Part shown: piece after piece, positions 60,001 to 64,000 of the stretch | Position numbering within the stretch: position 1 is the stretch's first letter | Layout of the letters: every line of letters begins with the position of its first letter | Assembly: GCA_036172245.1 (NCBI GenBank) | Contig: JAYWIR010000035.1 | Coordinates: forward strand, 558,001-622,000 | Direction of reading: 5' to 3' | Length of the DNA stretch: 64,000 nucleotides | DNA from: Raillietiella orientalis | Taxonomy: Eukaryota | Program-made: the position numbers and the translations under genes | The notes under the pieces: generated by a model | Database searches by the model: none | The model's input: the letters and a program-made list of their open reading frames with translations, nothing else | Told to the model about the DNA's origin: nothing

Positions 60001-62780
60001 GCTCTCCTGGAGGCGCTTCCGTTGCCAATCGGGGATGCCAAGTGGCCCAGGGTGGGAAAAAAAGTCAGGGCTTCCAGTTGCACTTCACTGCACCATCAAG
60101 CGCCTCTCTGGGGCTGACGGGGAGTTGACCTGCCCGACCTCCTCGCTGGGCGGGTTGGGGGGGCGAGAAATCCACCTCGAGCACACACTCGAGGAAAGGG
60201 GACGTGCCCAATGGAAGAATGGGGAGGATTCCGAGAACGGGGCAGTCCGCTCACGGCGGCACTCAGAGGTGCAGTCTCTGGCTGGGGTAGTCCCGAGAGG
60301 CCGCCGACGGACGCGGCGGCACCGGGCGCATCGTCGCAGCCGGCTCCGCATGGAGCGCCACCAGTCGGGCTCAAGCGAGGAGCCGCGGGGCCTCCCGGGG
60401 ATCGTCCTCCTGCATTAACGCGACTGAGGGAGTGTGGAGAAGCGCCCGTTCCCTTCCCCCCTCCTTCCGGGAAGGAGTGGATGGCGTCTTCCCCGAGTTG
60501 CAGGCAGCAACGAGAGACCCCCGCGGAGCAGCCCCGGAGCCCACGAGTCGGCTGGTCGACCAGGGAGGGGAAGGAGCAGCGGGCCTCCCGCTCCCGACCC
60601 GACCCATGGTCAGAGGTCGCTCTGGAGGCACGCAGGCGTCCCTGGGGAGCTCCCGAGGAACTTTCCCACATCTCCATCCAGCCGGAAGGCTCTGAGCCTT
60701 TTCCGAGGAGGGGGGAGTCCTTCTCTCCCATCCCTCTTTGCCCCCGCCGTGCGCCTCTATTTCCTGGTCTTCCCAGACGACGGGAAAAGGGGAGCGGCCC
60801 CACGGCGAGGAGGAGTCTGGAGGTCTGAGAGGTCTCCCCATCCCCCCTTCTTTCGCAGGAAAGAAAGGGGTGGGGGGAAGCTGGGCCGCCCTGCCCCTTC
60901 TTTATAGGGACCCTCGGACGAGAGGGAGCGCTCCAGAGGCGTCCCTCCTTTCTCGAGGTCCTCCCTGTCTCCTCCTTCCCTACGAGACGATGTGGTTTGG
61001 TCCCTGCGATCCTCAAGGGATCGAATCAGGCTGGATGCTCTCCGGATGAGACAAGGGATAGGGAGGAAGCCGGTGAAACCCGTTCTCCCCCTGAGGCTAC
61101 TGCTCGGGATCTCTCGGGACCGGGTTCCTGAGAAGGGGGTGATGCCACGCTTTTAGAGGCTCCGACCTGATGCTGACTGACCTCTAGGGAAGGGGGCGGG
61201 GGAAGACACGAGGGCGGGTAAGGGGGAGAGAGACGGGGGATGAAGTCCGCGGACCACTGAGGTAGAAAAAGCCCTGTGGACGGACGTGGTCCTGGGAAGC
61301 ATCTCGCGTGCTCCTCTTCCTTACTGGTCCTCTCCTTTCGTCCCCATCCCCCCCCCCCCTGCCCTTCGCGCACGCTCGGTTCCTGGGGCGACGTCCGCGG
61401 GGGTCCATGGGTTATCGGGTCGTCGCCCCCCCCTCCCCCGCCTCCCTCTCCAAAGAGGTTCGCCGCCACTCTTTGATCTCGCCGGCCGGGGAGACGCAAC
61501 GCCGCGAGAACAGGAGCGCTGCCACGGCGACGGGCGCTCCGCTACCCAGAATGCCGCCGCTCTCCGGCGGCGGCTGCGCGCAATTGGACGGCGGCGGAAT
61601 CCCCGGCCGAGCTGATTGGACGGCCGACAGCTCGCCTCCGAGAAGTAGCGGTGGCAGACGCGCGCGCGGTCGCTTGGCGCACGGACGCCTCTGCAGCGCG
61701 AGCATGCGGCGGCTCCCAACCGCGAGATTTATGGCCCGCGAGCGTCCCACTCCCGATAAGACCCGGGATTATTCCCCCTCCTCCCCCCATTCCCCGCGAT
61801 CTCCTCTCCCCTTTCGCCCCTGCCTCTCAGGAGAGGCGAGCAAGGAGAAGAAAGAAAGGCAAAATGGCGCTCGGATAGCGCCCGCTTCCTCCCTCCCTCT
61901 GGCGCACCTCCCCCTCTGCTTCCCGGAGGTGACCCGCGCGCGAGAAGGGGAGGCTTCAGCCACCATCCCCAGCCACATCGCACCCTGGAGACCCTCGGAA
62001 TTTCCTGCCTACCCTATCAGCAGCCAGCTCGAGCGTTTTTCCGACTGAGAGGCGCTCCCGGGAACGCGACCGTCCCCGCTGACCAGAGGGTTTTCCCCCG
62101 CAGGCAAAAGAGGGGCCTCGGGTCCGTGCCCGTCGTCCAGGAGATGGGCCATTGCGCGGCCGGGGAAAGTGGGCGGGCGATAGCACGCGCCTCTGCCTTC
62201 CCCCCCGCCAAAAGCCTCCATGACCAAGCCTGGTCCAGAGGCATTCCCCGAGGGATGCTCCCCTCCAGGGTGGATGCCTCCCCCTTCCTCCGCGCTTCCC
62301 CTTCACGGAGGCGTAGCCGTGCCGCACGCCCGGGAAAGGACAGGGGCGGAGGCATTGAGGACTGATGCAGCCCGGCGGTCCTACCCGTCGGCCTCTCAAG
62401 GGGCCGGCGAGGGCGCATCCTTGCGAACAATCTGGGAGGCGCTCCCGAGGCAGCTAGCGGAACAGGCTAGTCATCGACCGGCAGAGCAGGGCGGGACCGC
62501 TGCACCCCTCTCTGAACCGACTGGTCGCCCCGCTCTTCGACCCGCGGCGCAGTTGCTGCCGGCCTCCCGCTTAGGAGAGCCCGAAGGGCCTCCTTCTCTC
62601 CTTTTCCCTGCGGTGAGCAAGGCTGCCGGAAGCGCCGGGAACCAAGCGGGAGGGATCGCCACCTCCTCCCCAAGTTCCCTTAGCGAGCCGTCGGCGGCCC
62701 TCCCCTTCGCCCACAGTGGTAAGGTAAAGGGAGAGGGAGCAGGCCCCGCGTCCACACTATTCGCCGTCGGTCCATAGGAG
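57100..62780 (+). mobile_element. Long L1/Tx1-clade relic (ORF1-like start, endonuclease, RT), interrupted at ~61200-62000
   Basis: ORF1-like VFPEVHPALV at ~57400; PRGVASGAISVF at ~58520; GREIHLEH at ~60170; YETMWFG at ~60985; PAGKRGLGSVP (~P..EGGLGLP) at ~62100. Confidence 0.45.
61240..61470 (+). repeat. Unclassified dispersed repeat, copy B
   Basis: Direct-orientation homologue of 56760-57000; sits inside the 57-63 kb LINE relic. Confidence 0.7.
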
Positions 62781-63194
62781 GCCGCGAGGAACTCTTCTCT
62801 TCGCTTGTTGCTCCCACCACACCCCGTTCGGGGCCCCGTCTGCGGACTCCCAGGCTCCTTTCGCCAATGGTGGGCGGAAACAGGCAGGGACAGACAAACG
62901 CCCAAAATTTCAATGAGTCAATTGAATCTTTTCCTTCTCCTCTCTTCCCCTTCCCTTCCTCCTTTTCCTCCTCCCTTCCTATCTCCTCCTTTTCTTCCTA
63001 TCTCCTCCTCCTTTTCCTTCCTCTTCCTCTTCCTGGTGGATACTGTTCTCCGGATCTCTGGCCGTCTGGATTTTTACACACCGTGGTCCCGCTGGAAACT
63101 TGCATCTCAGAGGCGGGAAGGAGGAGGAGGCGGGGGGAAGAGCAGGCCAGGAGCAGAAACAAAGAAGAAAAAAAAAAAAGATGGCAAGAGGAGA

Positions 63195-63500
63195 AGAAAA
63201 TGCAAATCGGATTTCATCCGGGGATTGCGGTCCGCGACTTATCTTCAATTAGATCCAACCCACTTCTCTCGGCATCGGGAAAGATGAGAGCGATTCATCA
63301 CAGCATCATTCATTATCCGATTTAATGGAGTTTCGCCTGGACTGAAATCATCCGCACGTCATCCCGCGGCTGACGTCCGTGTTGACAGGACTCCTGAAGG
63401 ATCGTTGACGCATGGGTGATTTCGGTAATGGAAAAATCTTCGGTCTTCCAGAATGATCCCGGGTTTCAATAACTTTCCATTTAAATTTGATTAGATCCGC
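63195..63500. promoter_or_regulatory. Candidate distal enhancer
   Basis: AT-rich non-repetitive island with ATGCAAAT (63200), CAATTA, GATTTAATGG (~63319), TGACAG (~63383) and TGATTAG. Confidence 0.35.
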
Positions 63501-64000
63501 AGGGAGGTGCCGCGGAAGCGGGAGAGATCGAGGAGCGAACGGGTTCTCTCGGGAGAGCGCACTGTGCTTCCGGGAGTGGGGTTTTTCCCGCGTCGGACCG
63601 AAACTGGCTCGCCCCGCCGGATCAGGCATCCTTGCCTCCTGCGTCCCCTCCTCGGTCCCCTTCGCCGCTCGACCCCAGGCAGTCTTCCCACCTTCCACGT
63701 CTTCGGAAGCTGCGAGAGGCTCGGCACACGAAGGGAAAGGCGCGGGAACGCAAGCGCGACCTCCGACTCCCCAGGAGCGATGCGAGCTCCCCCGAGGGGG
63801 GGTCGAAGGCAGGGGTAACCGAGCGCCGCTCTTTGCCCCTCCTTTAGCGGGATGGCAGCACCGAAGTTCTTCGCCCTATCACTCCGGGCGTTTATTTTAT
63901 GAAAAAGGAACCAGTTGACAAGACGCCGGTTCCCAACTGACGACAAGAGAAGATCGAGGGAGCGGGAGGAGGACAACAAAAGGAAAGTGAAGATACGGAG

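Noticed and set aside
9100..64000. Second homeobox paralogue or other protein-coding gene
   Set aside because: No further WFQN-type motif or exon-like codon-biased segment found by eye; very small exons could have been missed.

Overview
This is eukaryotic, GC-rich animal DNA that retains CpG. The homeobox sequence suggests an arthropod, but the species cannot be determined. The only gene I can support is a three-exon unc-4/Uncx paired-like (Q50) homeobox gene on the + strand (CDS 5871-6153, 7965-8134, 8227-8763; about 329 aa). It has a CCAAT+Inr promoter, a uORF, a NAGNAG acceptor, a C-terminal eh1 motif and an AATAAA at 9045. The remaining ~55 kb is a gene desert with three components: (i) 15 or more heavily decayed L1/Tx1-clade non-LTR retrotransposon relics on both strands, (ii) a tRNA(His)-like SINE family of three copies, and (iii) short AT-richer islands dense in homeodomain, Exd-Hox, POU and RFX motifs that look like enhancers. 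Most six-frame ORFs are artefacts of high GC. The most interesting observations are that two related LINE copies end tail-to-tail at the same position of the SINE (possible target-specific Tx1-like element), and that an RFX X-box cluster lies downstream of unc-4. All alignments were done by eye and transposon boundaries are approximate.
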